A stretch of 64,000 bases of DNA from Cyanobacteria bacterium J06626_4 (lineage in GTDB: Bacteria > Cyanobacteriota > Cyanobacteriia > Phormidesmidales > Phormidesmidaceae), in contig JBCBJQ010000017.1 in the NCBI GenBank assembly GCA_038523235.1, positions 21,637-85,636 on the forward strand, given 5' to 3'. Shown here piece after piece: positions 10,509-21,942 of the stretch; within the stretch, counting starts at the first letter, position 1; every line of letters starts with the position of its first letter. The translations under genes and the position numbers were made by a program. The notes beneath the pieces were generated by a model, which did not search any database, was not told where the DNA came from, and saw only the letters and a program-made list of their open reading frames with translations.

Positions 10509-10648
10509 ACCTCCGTGCCTGATGATCCGACTAAGACTGGTTTCGGGCAACTTGTATATAGAAGAGTTGATTTGTCCCTTGCCGGGATAATTTATTTAGA
10601 ACGCTCGTAGGGCATCTTACCAGTCGAGTTGATCAGTCCCTTTTAGCC

Positions 10649-11407
10649 ATGAAATTTTCTCCTGTTCAGACCCGTCTAATTATCGCTCAAGCGCCAGCTC
10701 CTGAGCCTCCTCCAGCTGTTAGCAACAGCCTGAATATGTGGATGGTGACCTCTGGCGTCCTCTTTGTTTTGCTGCTCGCTGTCAGTATCGTGACGCAAGT
10801 TCAAAACAACCAGATGCGCAAGAAGCTGAAGTTTGCCGAGTACAAAAACAGCGAACTGCAAAAGCGGGTCAAGATGGCTACCGGCACCATCAGCAAAATG
10901 GAGAAAAATCCCGATCTGATTCACTCGCGGGAATTCAACCTTGATTATTTGCGGTTGCGGATGGAAGAGGAAATGTTCCACTTTCAAATTGTGAATCAGC
11001 TCAAAATCAAGGTCAAACAAGAACTCGCAGTCGCGCTGCGATCGCGCCCGGCTGACTCGGGCATGGTAGGCATTGCAGCGAAAGCCCGGCAAATCGACCA
11101 GATTTTTGATGTGGTCTACAAAACCAGCGAAGCGTTGGGATCGAAAACACGCATTTTGTTTCGGATTGAAATTAAGCTGGCTAAATTACCGACGCAATCC
11201 ACTTCCAGCACGATCAATCAAATCATTGACTGCATTGAGACCTTTCTCAGCCCAGAAGCTGAAGGCGGCAGCTGGCAGCCTACTATTCAAGGGCGCTTGG
11301 CCAACATGCATTGGGATCAAAAAGCGAAGCCCACACCGCTGCTGATTTTGGCCCAGTCAGAAGAAGGCGTCAACGTCACGATGCGCAGCACCTATAAACC
11401 CGCGTAA
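10649..11407 (+). CDS. Hypothetical single-pass membrane protein with coiled coil
   Basis: 252-aa ORF; hydrophobic segment MWMVTSGVLFVLLLAVSIV followed by a coiled coil. Confidence 0.75.
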   Translation: MKFSPVQTRLIIAQAPAPEPPPAVSNSLNMWMVTSGVLFVLLLAVSIVTQVQNNQMRKKLKFAEYKNSELQKRVKMATGTISKMEKNPDLIHSREFNLDYLRLRMEEEMFHFQIVNQLKIKVKQELAVALRSRPADSGMVGIAAKARQIDQIFDVVYKTSEALGSKTRILFRIEIKLAKLPTQSTSSTINQIIDCIETFLSPEAEGGSWQPTIQGRLANMHWDQKAKPTPLLILAQSEEGVNVTMRSTYKPA

Positions 11408-11524
11408 ACCTGACTAGCTGTGGTTCTCTGATCGCGATTGCAGCTATCGTGGCGGTTTTGCTGACCCTTCACAAAACTGATGGGCCTGTCTATGATGACT
11501 GCTTGAGCAGGCATAGGTAACACC

Positions 11525-12646
11525 GTGGTAAAGCTGCAGACCCTGGTGGTCAAAATTGGCACATCGAGTTTAACCAAATCGAACGGCAACCTGGCGATTT
11601 CGGTGATTGCCAGCCTGGTTGAAACGCTCTCTTTGCTAAGGGCTGAAGGCCATCAGGTGATTCTCGTCTCTTCGGGGGCGGTGGGGGTGGGCTGCGCGCG
11701 CCTCAATCTGTCCGAACGGCCCAAAAATATGGCGATGAAGCAAGCGGTGGCGGCGGTGGGGCAAGGAAGACTGATGCGAGTCTATGACGACTTTTTTTCT
11801 TCCTTGAATCAGTCGATCGCGCAGGTGCTGCTGACGCGCACTGATTTGGTGCAGCGATCGCGCTACGTCAATAGCTATCGCACATTTCGTCAGCTGCTGC
11901 AGCTGGGCGTGATTCCCATCGTGAACGAAAACGACACGGTGGCGATCGAAGAGCTCAAATTTGGCGACAACGATACACTGTCGGCGCAGGTGGCCAGTTT
12001 GATTGGGGCCGACTGGCTATTTTTGCTCACCGATGTGGATCGCCTTTACTCTGCTGATCCACGCCAGCATCCCGACGCGCAGCCCATTCATATTGTGGAG
12101 CGGGTCGAGCAGCTCGAAGATTTGCAGGTCAGTATTGGCGATCGTGGCAGTCAATGGGGTACGGGTGGCATGGTGACCAAAATCGAAGCCGCTCGCATCG
12201 CTGCCAACGCGGGTGTTTGCACGGTGATCACCGATGGTCAGCACCCCGAAAAAATCGCTCAGATTATGGCGGGGGCCGATTTAGGCACCCAGTTTTCACC
12301 CAAGTCAACTGTGGCCAACGCCCGCAAACGATGGATTGCGCAAAGCTTGATACCCGCTGGCAAGCTGTATTTAGACGCGGGGGCAGTGCGGGCCATTCAA
12401 CACGGCGGCAAGTCGCTGTTGCCCGCTGGCATCACGGAAATTGAAGGGGAATTTGAGCGGCAGTCTTCCGTCCAGCTCTGTGATGCTCAAGGACAAGAAA
12501 TTGCTCGCGGCATCGTCAATTACAGTCATACTGAGCTGGCGCAAATTGTCGGCCACCGTTCTGAAGAAATTCCCCAGATTTTGGGCTACGCCGGGGCGGA
12601 TACGGCAGTGCATCGCGATAATTTGGTCATTTCAGTGCAGGCATAA
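11525..12646 (+). CDS. proB: Glutamate 5-kinase with PUA domain
   Basis: [44 protein letters not shown] segment GKSLLPAGI. Confidence 0.97.
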   Translation: MVKLQTLVVKIGTSSLTKSNGNLAISVIASLVETLSLLRAEGHQVILVSSGAVGVGCARLNLSERPKNMAMKQAVAAVGQGRLMRVYDDFFSSLNQSIAQVLLTRTDLVQRSRYVNSYRTFRQLLQLGVIPIVNENDTVAIEELKFGDNDTLSAQVASLIGADWLFLLTDVDRLYSADPRQHPDAQPIHIVERVEQLEDLQVSIGDRGSQWGTGGMVTKIEAARIAANAGVCTVITDGQHPEKIAQIMAGADLGTQFSPKSTVANARKRWIAQSLIPAGKLYLDAGAVRAIQHGGKSLLPAGITEIEGEFERQSSVQLCDAQGQEIARGIVNYSHTELAQIVGHRSEEIPQILGYAGADTAVHRDNLVISVQA

Positions 12647-12947
12647 ACATTTCCGTACAAACACGGGAATAGTAATGGTGGCAGACCTGATCGAGCGTTG
12701 AGCGATCGCGCCCAGCCGCCGGTTTTTCTGGACTTCAGAGCAGTCTAGCCAACCCCAAAGCAATGATAAAGGCAAGATAAATCTCGCAGCGTGGGGTTCC
12801 CCTGTGCTCGACGCTTGTTCCATGATGTGACTGGAGCGAGCCCGAGCGTCTGATGGCCAGCGTTCCCCACTGCGATACAACCGGCACTGGCGGTTCGTCC
12901 GATCACTGGCGGCAGAGATTGAGCGTAATGACTTGGAGAATCTAGGA

Positions 12948-13955
12948 ATGTCTACAGAAAAACCCAAAATTCTGGTTACCGGCGGGGCCGGTTACATTGG
13001 CTCCCACGCTGTTTTGGCGCTAGAAGCAGCAGGCTATCCGGTGGTGATCTTGGACAGTCTGGAATATGGCCACCCCGAATTGGTGGCAAAGCATCTGAAA
13101 GCAGAACTGATCAAGGGCGAGACCAGCGATCGTGCCCTGCTCGACAACCTCTTTAAAGCCCACGACATCGGTGCAGTGATGCATTTTGCCGCCTACATCG
13201 CGGTGGGTGAGTCGGTGCAAGCACCTGCCGCCTACTATCGCAACAACGTCACCGGTACCTTAACGCTGCTGGAAGCCATGCTGGCGGCTGATGTCAAACA
13301 GTTCGTGTTTTCGTCTACCTGTGCGATTTACGGCCCGCCCAAGACTGTCCCCATCCCCGAAGATCACCCCAAAAATCCGATCAGCCCCTATGCTTCGAGC
13401 AAGCTGATGGTTGAGGAAATTGTGAAAGACTTCACCCAGGCTTACGGCTTAAGCGCTGTGGTGTTTCGCTATTTCAACGCGGCGGGGGCTGACCCTCAAG
13501 GCCGCCTCGGCGAAGATCACCAGCCCGAAACTCATCTGATTCCCCTTGTGCTGCAGGCTGCTCTGGGCCGACGCGAAAATATCGCCATGTTCGGCACCGA
13601 TTATGATACGCCTGACGGCACCTGTATTCGTGACTATATTCACGTGAGTGATTTGGCTTCGGCTCATGTGCTCGGGGTGGAATATCTGGCAAAGGGCGGC
13701 GACACCACCTTCATCAACTTAGGCAACGGCAACGGCTTTTCAGTGCGTGAGGTGATTGAAACAGCCCGTCAAGTCACGGGTGAGACGATTGTGGCGGTGG
13801 AACGCGATCGCCGCCCCGGTGATCCGCCCCGGTTGATCGGCAGCAGTAAGCAAGCCCGTAGCATCCTCGGCTGGCAGCCCCAATATGCTGATTTAGAATC
13901 CATCATTGCCCATGCCTGGCAATGGCATTTACATCGTCATGGCCGAGCGGCATGA
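12948..13955 (+). CDS. galE: UDP-glucose 4-epimerase
   Basis: TGGAGYIGSH, FSSTCA, YASSK (YxxxK), RYFNAAGAD, DGTCIRDYIHV. Confidence 0.96.
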   Translation: MSTEKPKILVTGGAGYIGSHAVLALEAAGYPVVILDSLEYGHPELVAKHLKAELIKGETSDRALLDNLFKAHDIGAVMHFAAYIAVGESVQAPAAYYRNNVTGTLTLLEAMLAADVKQFVFSSTCAIYGPPKTVPIPEDHPKNPISPYASSKLMVEEIVKDFTQAYGLSAVVFRYFNAAGADPQGRLGEDHQPETHLIPLVLQAALGRRENIAMFGTDYDTPDGTCIRDYIHVSDLASAHVLGVEYLAKGGDTTFINLGNGNGFSVREVIETARQVTGETIVAVERDRRPGDPPRLIGSSKQARSILGWQPQYADLESIIAHAWQWHLHRHGRAA

Positions 13956-14165
13956 GTAAAGCCCTACCACATGGTCTAGGGCGGTGATTGCATTGTCATC
14001 AAAGCAAATCTGCAGCCCGAGATGCTTGGCATAGCAAGCCGCAGCTTGATGAGGCTACTCCAGATGGCTGAAATTAATAGCTGACATGCTTTTTAATTCT
14101 GCATGCCGAGTTCTGCTGGGGCAGAGTCGCCGTTGCAGAATTCTCTTTACCCACACAACAGGATT

Positions 14166-14274
14166 TAGACCAATTCTCTGAAATTGGTCTACAGATCTTC
14201 CTTTCGACTCCGCTCAAAGAACGTCGGCTGAGCGGAGTCGTTCGCATCGCGTCTCCCTTAGGGAGAAAGCCGAC
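14166..14274. repeat. Cluster of short palindromic REP/SDR-like repeats, one nested in another
   Basis: TAGACCAATT/AATTGGTCTA hairpin at 14166-14191; CGACTCCGCTCA (14205-14216) inverted with TGAGCGGAGTCG (14229-14240); 26-nt insert at 14241-14266 with a TCTCCC-TTA-GGGAGA hairpin. Confidence 0.7.
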
Positions 14275-14517
14275 TTGTCTGTGTAGCTGTAATTTGTAGA
14301 ACTGGTGTTAGACCGGTCCCTGTATTTCTCAGACAGACCCATTGCCTAAAGCATGGCAATACCGGCTTGCCGTGGAATATTGGCCGCGTGGCGATCGCGG
14401 CTGGGCAGTTATCGCGAGCAGCGCCGCACGCGCCACCATCTACGAACATAGGGAGACATGCTAAAATTAACCCATAATCGTTATGACTTTGATTTGGCCT
14501 TCAACCCTGGAGTTCTT

Positions 14518-15057
14518 ATGGTGAAATTAGTCAGTATTGCTGGTAGCTTACGAGCGGGCTCCTACAGTCATCAAGCGTTGGCGATCGCCACCCGAACCGC
14601 GCAAGACTTGGGTGCTGAGGTGACGACCCTCGACCTCCGCCAGCTTACGCTCCCCTTTTGCGACGGCAACGATCACTATGCCGACTATCCTGATGTTGTC
14701 TGCCTGCGAGAAACCGTGAAAGCAGCAGACGGCTTGATCCTCGCCACGCCGGAATACCATGGCAGCGTCAGTGGTGTGCTCAAAAATGCTTTGGATTTAA
14801 TGAGTTTTGACGAACTCTCAGGCAAGGTGGTGGGCGCCATCAGTGTGTTAGGCGGTCAGGCGAATAACAATGCCCTAAATGACCTACGCACGATTGCTCG
14901 CTGGGTACATGCCTGGGTTATTCCTGAACAGGTGGCGATCGGCCAGGCTTGGAAAGCCTTTGACGATAACGGTCAATTGGTCGATGACAAACTCGCCGAG
15001 CGATTGGATAAGTTTGTCCATAGCCTGGTGACCCACACCGCCAAACTTCGTCAATAG
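14518..15057 (+). CDS. NADPH-dependent FMN reductase
   Basis: IAGSLRAGSYS, ATPEYHGSVSGVLKNALD; ATG 14518 follows GGAG. Confidence 0.92.
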   Translation: MVKLVSIAGSLRAGSYSHQALAIATRTAQDLGAEVTTLDLRQLTLPFCDGNDHYADYPDVVCLRETVKAADGLILATPEYHGSVSGVLKNALDLMSFDELSGKVVGAISVLGGQANNNALNDLRTIARWVHAWVIPEQVAIGQAWKAFDDNGQLVDDKLAERLDKFVHSLVTHTAKLRQ

Positions 15058-15115
15058 CTGCGCCCACCATCGCTGCTCTTGATCCAGGGGGGCTCCGATC
15101 CCAGGCAATTACTAG

Positions 15116-15146
15116 TGACTCAGCGGATTCTAGATTCGTTGAGTCA
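15116..15146 (+). terminator. Stem-loop downstream of the FMN reductase gene (possible terminator)
   Basis: TGACTCAGCGGAT...ATTCGTTGAGTCA stem with G-U pairs; no clear U-tract. Confidence 0.35.
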
Positions 15147-15280
15147 TGATGTCAGCGTCATCAGAGTGTCTTTCCCAAATCCACAAAAATCTAGCTCAGG
15201 TCGAGACTTCGCTCCACAACCCTTCCAATCCGTCGTACACTTGCCAAAGTATTAGGGGAAGAGTCGAAATTTCATACCGA

Positions 15281-16024
15281 ATGATCGATCTGAAGCAAGT
15301 CAACCGGCAGCTAGAGACTTACCTCACGACCAAAGACGCTAAATCCATTGTGGCTTGGGCTGATCAGACTTTCAGCACGGGAGCCATTATGAGTACCAGC
15401 TTTGGCATTCAGTCTGCTGTGATGCTGCATTTGGTCACCCGCGTGAACCCTGACATCCCCGTGATTTGGGTCGATACTGGCTACCTCCCAGCCGAAACCT
15501 ATCTCTTTGCGGAAGAGCTCACCCAACGACTTGACCTCAACCTCAAAGTTTATCAGTCGTCGATTAGCCCCGCTCGCATGGAAGCTTTGCACGGCAAGCT
15601 CTGGGCACAACAAGATGTCGAAGCCCTCAACCACTACGACTCTATCCGCAAGGTTGAGCCGATGCAGCGAGCCCTGCGAGAACTCAATGCTACGGCTTGG
15701 TTTGCCGGGTTGCGAGCCACTCAAACTGCCCATCGTCAAACCTTGGATGTCGTGACTCAGCAGCAGGGCATCTACAAAATTTTGCCCATTCTCAATTGGC
15801 ATGCGAAGGATGTCTATACCTATTTGCAGGCCTACGATCTGCCCTATCATCCCTTATTTGAGAAGGGCTACGTAACGGTTGGTGACTGGCATTCGAGTCG
15901 CCCCCTCACTGTCGACGATGCGAGCGATCGCGACACTCGATTTCACGGCCTCAAACAAGAATGTGGCCTGCATTTGCCCCAAACACCTGGTGAAGCGGAA
16001 AGCTTAGACTCCAGCTTGCTATAG
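15281..16024 (+). CDS. cysH: Phosphoadenosine phosphosulfate (PAPS) reductase
   Basis: [30 protein letters not shown]; no CC/CxxC Fe-S ligands, so PAPS-type. Confidence 0.95.
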   Translation: MIDLKQVNRQLETYLTTKDAKSIVAWADQTFSTGAIMSTSFGIQSAVMLHLVTRVNPDIPVIWVDTGYLPAETYLFAEELTQRLDLNLKVYQSSISPARMEALHGKLWAQQDVEALNHYDSIRKVEPMQRALRELNATAWFAGLRATQTAHRQTLDVVTQQQGIYKILPILNWHAKDVYTYLQAYDLPYHPLFEKGYVTVGDWHSSRPLTVDDASDRDTRFHGLKQECGLHLPQTPGEAESLDSSLL

Positions 16025-16448
16025 TCCAAATCACCGGCGACAAAACGAGTCAATCTTTCGTCTATGCAGTCAAAGCAATGCTGGCGATCGGCCAGAACAT
16101 ACTAGCCCGCACGCTGGTGTGACGCTCTGGCTAATTGCTTAGCTCCTACGCTTGCACTCTACCGCGTGACCACTGCCAGGCGTTTTAAACAGGCGGTTAA
16201 ATTCGGTCAGCACTTGCTGACGCCAGTCAGTTTGAGTCGTTTGGCTGCAAAGCTAGCTTGACAACTTGACTGGGTACTCTAAAGCCACCTGTGATGTCTG
16301 GGGAGCACACCCCAACTACTGACTGCCGATGCTTAGCGACTGAGACGGGCAGTATAAACAGACGCCTTGCTCCAGTCACCGTCGACAGGCATCAAAAATC
16401 AGCCTTCGACCCCCTGCACCATATAGATTTACTGGATATTGAACCAAC

Positions 16449-17522
16449 ATGACACAACCCAAACGAGCCCTAATCACCGGCATCACCGGTCAAGATGGTT
16501 CCTACCTGGCAGAACTTTTATTGGAAAAGGGCTATCAGGTTCACGGGATTATTCGTCGGACTTCGACCTTTAATACCGATCGCCTCGATCATGTTTACGT
16601 TGACCCGCATAACGAAGATGCCCGCCTGTTCTTGCACTATGGTGACCTCAACGATGGCACCATGCTGCGCCGCATCTTAGAGCAAGTCGAGCCGGCTGAA
16701 GTTTATAACTTGGGCGCTCAATCGCACGTGCGCGTGAGCTTTGACTCGCCCGAATACACGGTAGACACGGTGGCCATGGGCGCGCTGCGCCTGCTCGAAG
16801 CCATCCGCGACTATCAGCAACGCACTGGCAATGAAGTGCGCTATTACCAAGCGGGCTCTTCAGAAATGTACGGCAAGGTGCAAGAGATTCCGCAGAGCGA
16901 GACGACGCCCTTTTATCCCCGCAGTCCCTACGCCTGTGCCAAGCTCTACGCTCATTGGCAAACCATCAACTATCGTGAGTCCTACGATCTGTTTGCTTGC
17001 AACGGTATCTTGTTTAACCACGAGTCGCCGCGCCGCGGTGAGACCTTCGTGACTCGCAAAATCACTCGTGCCGTCGCTCGCATTGCCGCTAAAAAGCAAG
17101 ACAAGCTCTACCTCGGCAACCTGGATGCCAAGCGTGATTGGGGTTACGCCAAAGACTATGTGCGCGCCATGTGGCTAATGCTGCAGCAAGACACCGCAGA
17201 CGACTATGTGGTTGCGACAGGCGAAACGCACTCGGTCGAAGAGTTCTTGAAAATTGCCTTTGGCCGGGTCGACCTGAATTGGCAGGATTATGTGGCCTTT
17301 GACCCTCGCTATCTGCGTCCTACCGAAGTCGATATTTTGATTGGTGATCCCACAAAAACGCAGGCCAAACTCGGTTGGGAACCCAGTGTCACCTTTCAAG
17401 AGCTCGTAGAGCTGATGGTCGACTCTGACTTGGAAGCCGTGGGCATTGTTGACAGTGACAAGGCTCAACATCCAGAGTTGGCCACCGTGCGACGTACTCA
17501 GCTCAGCTCGACCGCATCTTAG
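16449..17522 (+). CDS. gmd: GDP-mannose 4,6-dehydratase
   Basis: [51 protein letters not shown]. Confidence 0.97.
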   Translation: MTQPKRALITGITGQDGSYLAELLLEKGYQVHGIIRRTSTFNTDRLDHVYVDPHNEDARLFLHYGDLNDGTMLRRILEQVEPAEVYNLGAQSHVRVSFDSPEYTVDTVAMGALRLLEAIRDYQQRTGNEVRYYQAGSSEMYGKVQEIPQSETTPFYPRSPYACAKLYAHWQTINYRESYDLFACNGILFNHESPRRGETFVTRKITRAVARIAAKKQDKLYLGNLDAKRDWGYAKDYVRAMWLMLQQDTADDYVVATGETHSVEEFLKIAFGRVDLNWQDYVAFDPRYLRPTEVDILIGDPTKTQAKLGWEPSVTFQELVELMVDSDLEAVGIVDSDKAQHPELATVRRTQLSSTAS

Positions 17523-17570
17523 GTAATCGGTTCTTCGATTTCAGTCTCACAACGTTAGCCAAACATAATC

Positions 17571-17616
17571 GCAGCCTCCTGGAGAAAGTGATCTTTCTTA
17601 GGAGGCTGTTTCATTT
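17571..17616 (+). terminator. Rho-independent terminator after gmd
   Basis: GCAGCCTCCTGGAGAAAG-TGAT-CTTTCTTAGGAGGCTGT hairpin followed by TTCATTT. Confidence 0.75.
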
Positions 17617-17685
17617 AATATGGAGACGAGAGCTTTCCCGCAAATACTGTTAGAACTATTCGGACCCAATAGGCGTAACTGAGTT

Positions 17686-18153
17686 ATGGCTGACGAAAAA
17701 ACGACTCAATCGGCAAGCACCGCAGATAGCGCAAAGGCTAAAGCCGCTCCCAAGGCGAAGAAAGAAAAGCCGCCTAAATTAGAAGACAAGCCCTTCAACG
17801 AGTTTATGGAGCAGCACTTTGTGCCTGGGCTCGACAACGCACTCAAAGATGGCGGCTGGGACGGCGTTGAGCTGATGTTTGACAAAAGTCCACTGGCGGT
17901 CAAAGGGGCTGAGAGTGATGACGTATATTGGCAAGTCCAAGGGCACAAGCCTGGATTGACCGATCGCCAGTTCAATATCGTCTTCACGAAAGAAGATATC
18001 AAAGGCCCCAAATTTTTCTACTACGGGCAGGGCAAAGGCCCATCAAGCGGGGTCGAGCAGTTTATGGGCGACGAACGCCGTATCACCCTCGACTTGATGG
18101 TGCTTTATACTTTGCAGCGACTCAACGGCCAAAAGTGGCTGACGCGCAACTGA
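17686..18153 (+). CDS. ndhV: DUF2996 protein (NDH-1 subunit NdhV)
   Basis: KKEKPPKLEDKPFNEF and EQFMGDERRITLDLMVLYTLQRLNGQKWL, typical of DUF2996. Confidence 0.85.
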   Translation: MADEKTTQSASTADSAKAKAAPKAKKEKPPKLEDKPFNEFMEQHFVPGLDNALKDGGWDGVELMFDKSPLAVKGAESDDVYWQVQGHKPGLTDRQFNIVFTKEDIKGPKFFYYGQGKGPSSGVEQFMGDERRITLDLMVLYTLQRLNGQKWLTRN

Positions 18154-18306
18154 TTGAGTGGTTAGTGCGAGTGGCTAGGGCTGGATTGAGCGGAGCGACT
18201 GCAGCGGCAAATGCAGTCGAGTATGATGTCGAGTTGCTCGGCCGCGATGCCCTAGGATGAAAAAGGTGTTTTTGCAGCAGCGGTTGCCAGCTGTTCAGTA
18301 TTGTCT

Positions 18307-20064
18307 ATGTTGTCTGCGATCGCGACGCTCACCGCTCGGCTAGAGCAAGCCTTGGTCAACGCCTTTGGCTCCGAACTCCAGGGCACCGATCCGGTTTTGG
18401 TCCCGGCGAGCAATCCCAAATTTGGCGATTATCAGGCCAATGTCGCTATGGCGTTGGCGAAGCGTCTGCAGAAAAAGCCGCGGGCGATCGCCGAGCAGAT
18501 TGTGGCTAATCTCGATGTGGCTGATATTTGTGAGCCGCCCGAAATTGCTGGGCCGGGGTTTATCAACCTGCGGCTCACGACGGCTTATCTGGAAGCGCAG
18601 CTGCGAGAAATAGCGCCCGATCCGCGTTTGGGCGTCGCTCCAGTCCAACAGCCGCAAAAAGTGATTGTTGACTTTTCCAGCCCTAATATTGCTAAAGAGA
18701 TGCATGTGGGGCATCTGCGATCGACCATCATCGGTGATTCGATCGCTCGTGTGCTGGAATTCATCGGTCACGATGTGCTGCGTCTCAACCATGTCGGCGA
18801 TTGGGGCACTCAGTTTGGTATGTTGATTACCCATTTACGTGCCGTCTGCCCCGAAGCCTTGACCAGTTCGGAAGCCGTGGATATCGGCGACTTGGTCATG
18901 TTCTACAAACAGGCTAAACAGCGCTTCGATGCTGATGAGGAGTTTAAAGCGCGATCGCGGCAGGCAGTGGTCGAGCTGCAGTCTGGCGATCCGGCTGCTC
19001 AAGCCGCCTGGCAGCTACTCTGCGATCAGTCGCGCCAAGCCTTTCAGAAAATCTATGATCGCCTCGATATCCGCATCATTGAACGTGGTGAATCTTTCTA
19101 CAATCCATTCTTGTCTGACGTGGTTGTCGCCCTGAGAGATCAAGGTTTGCTGGTCGCAGATCAAGGGGCTCAGGTCGTTTTTCTGGACGGGTTTACCAAT
19201 AAAGCTGGAGAGCCACAGCCGCTGATCATTCAAAAGTCGAACGGCGGGTTTAACTATGCCACCACCGACTTGGCCGCCATTCGCCAGCGCACCCAACAAG
19301 AGCAGGCCCAGCGGATTCTCTATGTGGTTGATGTGGGGCAAGCGAGTCACTTTACTCAGGTCTTTCAGGTGGCGGCGAAAGCCGGGTGGATTCCTGATGA
19401 TGTGGAACTGGCGCACGTGCCTTTTGGCCTGGTACAGGGAGAAGACGGCAAGAAGTTCAAAACCCGCTCGGGTGAGACAGTGCGTCTCCAGGATTTGCTG
19501 GATGAAGCGATCAGTCGGGCTCGAGCGGATCTGGAAACGCGGATCGCGGCTGAGGGGCGGAACGAAACGGCGGACTTTATTCAAGCCGTGGCCGAAACCG
19601 TCGGCATCGGTGCGGTTAAATACGCGGATCTGAGCCAAAACCGCACCAGTAATTACATCTTTAGCTATGACAAGATGCTGGCCCTGCAGGGCAACACGGC
19701 ACCGTACCTGCTGTATGCTTACGTGCGCGTTCAAGGCATCAGTCGCAAGGGGCAGATTGACCTCCAAGCCCTAGATGCCGAGGCCACTGTACATCTCGAA
19801 GATGAGAGTGAGTTTGCTCTGGCAAAACACATCCTGCAACTGGATGAAGCAATCGCTGAGGTGGCGCAAGATCTATATCCCAATCGGTTGTGTCAATATC
19901 TGTTTGAGCTGAGTCAAAAGTTCAATCAGTTTTACGATCGCTGCTCGGTTTTGCAGGCTGACGAACCACAGCGCACTTCGCGGCTCATGCTGTGTGACCT
20001 CACTGCACGTACCCTACAGCTTGGGCTATCGCTATTAGGCATTCAGGTAATCGAACGGATGTAG
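18307..20064 (+). CDS. argS: Arginine--tRNA ligase
   Basis: [18 protein letters not shown] (HIGH), [30 protein letters not shown]. Confidence 0.98.
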   Translation: MLSAIATLTARLEQALVNAFGSELQGTDPVLVPASNPKFGDYQANVAMALAKRLQKKPRAIAEQIVANLDVADICEPPEIAGPGFINLRLTTAYLEAQLREIAPDPRLGVAPVQQPQKVIVDFSSPNIAKEMHVGHLRSTIIGDSIARVLEFIGHDVLRLNHVGDWGTQFGMLITHLRAVCPEALTSSEAVDIGDLVMFYKQAKQRFDADEEFKARSRQAVVELQSGDPAAQAAWQLLCDQSRQAFQKIYDRLDIRIIERGESFYNPFLSDVVVALRDQGLLVADQGAQVVFLDGFTNKAGEPQPLIIQKSNGGFNYATTDLAAIRQRTQQEQAQRILYVVDVGQASHFTQVFQVAAKAGWIPDDVELAHVPFGLVQGEDGKKFKTRSGETVRLQDLLDEAISRARADLETRIAAEGRNETADFIQAVAETVGIGAVKYADLSQNRTSNYIFSYDKMLALQGNTAPYLLYAYVRVQGISRKGQIDLQALDAEATVHLEDESEFALAKHILQLDEAIAEVAQDLYPNRLCQYLFELSQKFNQFYDRCSVLQADEPQRTSRLMLCDLTARTLQLGLSLLGIQVIERM

Positions 20065-20169
20065 GCTCGTTTGATTGCATACGCCATGTTTCCGTGCATC
20101 TGCTGATTTCCAGAGCACTGTCCGGATCGTCAATCAGTGTTTTCGAAAGCGTAGAAGTCACTGCTATAC

Positions 20170-20796
20170 ATGAATGCTATGGAAATACCGAAGTCAGACT
20201 CTAAACTGTCGTCTTCGACAGAGTATGCGCTCATTTTTGGGGCGGGTGCCAGTGCAGCGATGTCTTTAGCCGCCCAGCAGGTGACCGCCGCCTCGGTACC
20301 GTTAACCGCCTTGGTCGCCATTGGCCTGATCAATCGCCGCCGCCTCGATCAGAAAATTAAAGCGAGTGAACCGACGGGCCCGGTCTCAGCCGAACAATCA
20401 GTACGTCACCAAGAGCTGCCCCAGTCGGCTCCCGCAGCGCGTCCCGCGCCGGAGATGATCTCAGCCCAGCCCAGCTTGATGAACAGTGTGTCGCCGATCC
20501 GGTTTTCGACGAAGCAGCAGCGTCTGATGGCTGACCGGCAGGCGCACAAGGATGCTCAACAAAACTGCTTGGCGCAAATTGGCCACGATCTGAAACAAGA
20601 GCGCGAAGGGCAGGGCCTCTCTCTACAGGATATTCACTGTCAAACCTATATTCAGCGTTATGCCCTCGAAGCGATCGAGCAAGGCGATTTAGACGCGCTG
20701 CCAGAGCCTTTTTATATTCGTGCTTTTATCCGCAAATATGCGATCGCTCTGAGACTGAATGCTGCTGATACGGTCGCGCGTTTTCCTATCGGTTAG
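20170..20796 (+). CDS. Protein with C-terminal RodZ-like (HTH_25) helix-turn-helix and hydrophobic N-terminal part
   Basis: IGHDLKQEREGQGLSL...ALEAIEQGDLDALPEPFYIRAFIRKYA. Confidence 0.8.
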   Translation: MNAMEIPKSDSKLSSSTEYALIFGAGASAAMSLAAQQVTAASVPLTALVAIGLINRRRLDQKIKASEPTGPVSAEQSVRHQELPQSAPAARPAPEMISAQPSLMNSVSPIRFSTKQQRLMADRQAHKDAQQNCLAQIGHDLKQEREGQGLSLQDIHCQTYIQRYALEAIEQGDLDALPEPFYIRAFIRKYAIALRLNAADTVARFPIG

Positions 20797-21742
20797 CAAC
20801 GGTCAACTCGGGTAGCGGCAATCGCGATCGCAAAATGCGGCGGTTAGAGGTCGGTTCTGTCTCTGCTTCAATCGTGAGGACGGCTGGCTGTTCTCGCACC
20901 CGCTCTTCGAGGGGACGCACCTGTTCGACCAGCTGAATGAGCTGTTCAAACCGAGGCGGGGGCGCATTGGCAATGTAACCGGCATCGGAAGCAATACTCG
21001 CTGGGGCTGCCTTCATCGCGGCTTCCACCAAGCGCTGTTGATTGCGATCAACGGTAGGGCTGAGCAACACTGCGCCCGTGGTAATCGCCCGACTTTCATG
21101 CAGCACCCGAAAGGTCGCCCGGCCAAAATCACTCCGAAATCGCTGAAAATCTTCTTCTGAAAGCGCCCCCGCTACGACATCACCGTTTGCCACCCAGGTC
21201 AGCACAGTTTTGGGGGTGGGAGCAAAGCGAATTTCGGCCAAGGTCAGACCATACAGGTCATACAGCGGTAGATAATAGCCGGTAGCTGAACCCGGTTCAC
21301 CCAGACCAATGACCGTGTTGGCCAAATCAGGCAGTGCCTCGGCGGGGCTATCGGCCGCCACGATCATGACCGATCGCTGATTGGGACTGCCCTGCAGGGG
21401 AAACAACGGCACATATTGCGCCTCGCTCAGGGCGATCGCGGCTAACCCCGCTGGAGCGAAGGCTAAATCCCAGGCCTGCGACTCGAGTTGCTCAACGGCT
21501 CGAATTTCATTAAAAACCGGTTCTAACTCAATTTGAGCAGACAGGGCCTCGGCAAGATACTGCTGAAAGGGTGCATAGGTTTCAACGGAGGCGGTACCGG
21601 TGTCATAGCTGACCAACCCCACTGTCAGACGCGTGGGGGCACCCGAGTTGGCCGTCTGCTGATTGCAGCTGCCCAAACTCAGCGCCAGTACGAGGCTGAA
21701 ACCCACCGTTAAAAAGAAGCCCAACCGGCGCAGCTGCTGCAT
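20786..21742 (-). CDS. PhnD-like phosphate/phosphonate ABC substrate-binding lipoprotein
   Basis: Lipobox LGSC; GEPGSATGYYLPLYDL; no permease or ATPase partners adjacent. Confidence 0.8.
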   Translation of the reverse strand: MQQLRRLGFFLTVGFSLVLALSLGSCNQQTANSGAPTRLTVGLVSYDTGTASVETYAPFQQYLAEALSAQIELEPVFNEIRAVEQLESQAWDLAFAPAGLAAIALSEAQYVPLFPLQGSPNQRSVMIVAADSPAEALPDLANTVIGLGEPGSATGYYLPLYDLYGLTLAEIRFAPTPKTVLTWVANGDVVAGALSEEDFQRFRSDFGRATFRVLHESRAITTGAVLLSPTVDRNQQRLVEAAMKAAPASIASDAGYIANAPPPRFEQLIQLVEQVRPLEERVREQPAVLTIEAETEPTSNRRILRSRLPLPELTVANR

Positions 21743-21942
21743 GGCCAAATGTCCACCTTGTCACTAATCGTCTCACTGAGACAATCTCTGCTTGGTTGGA
21801 GATTACCCCGAGATCGGGACGCCTTCCATAAACTTTTTTTGCTGGCGTTTATTGACGGGGCGGCGCTGCAGTCCCGTCTCTAGGGCAAAATCGTGATCGG
21901 TCAGGATGGGCCACAGGGGAACGTGATTTTTCAGCCGCTGCC

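Noticed and set aside
19015..19767. 250-aa minus-strand ORF
   Set aside because: Antisense shadow of argS; the same applies to most short overlapping ORFs in the track.
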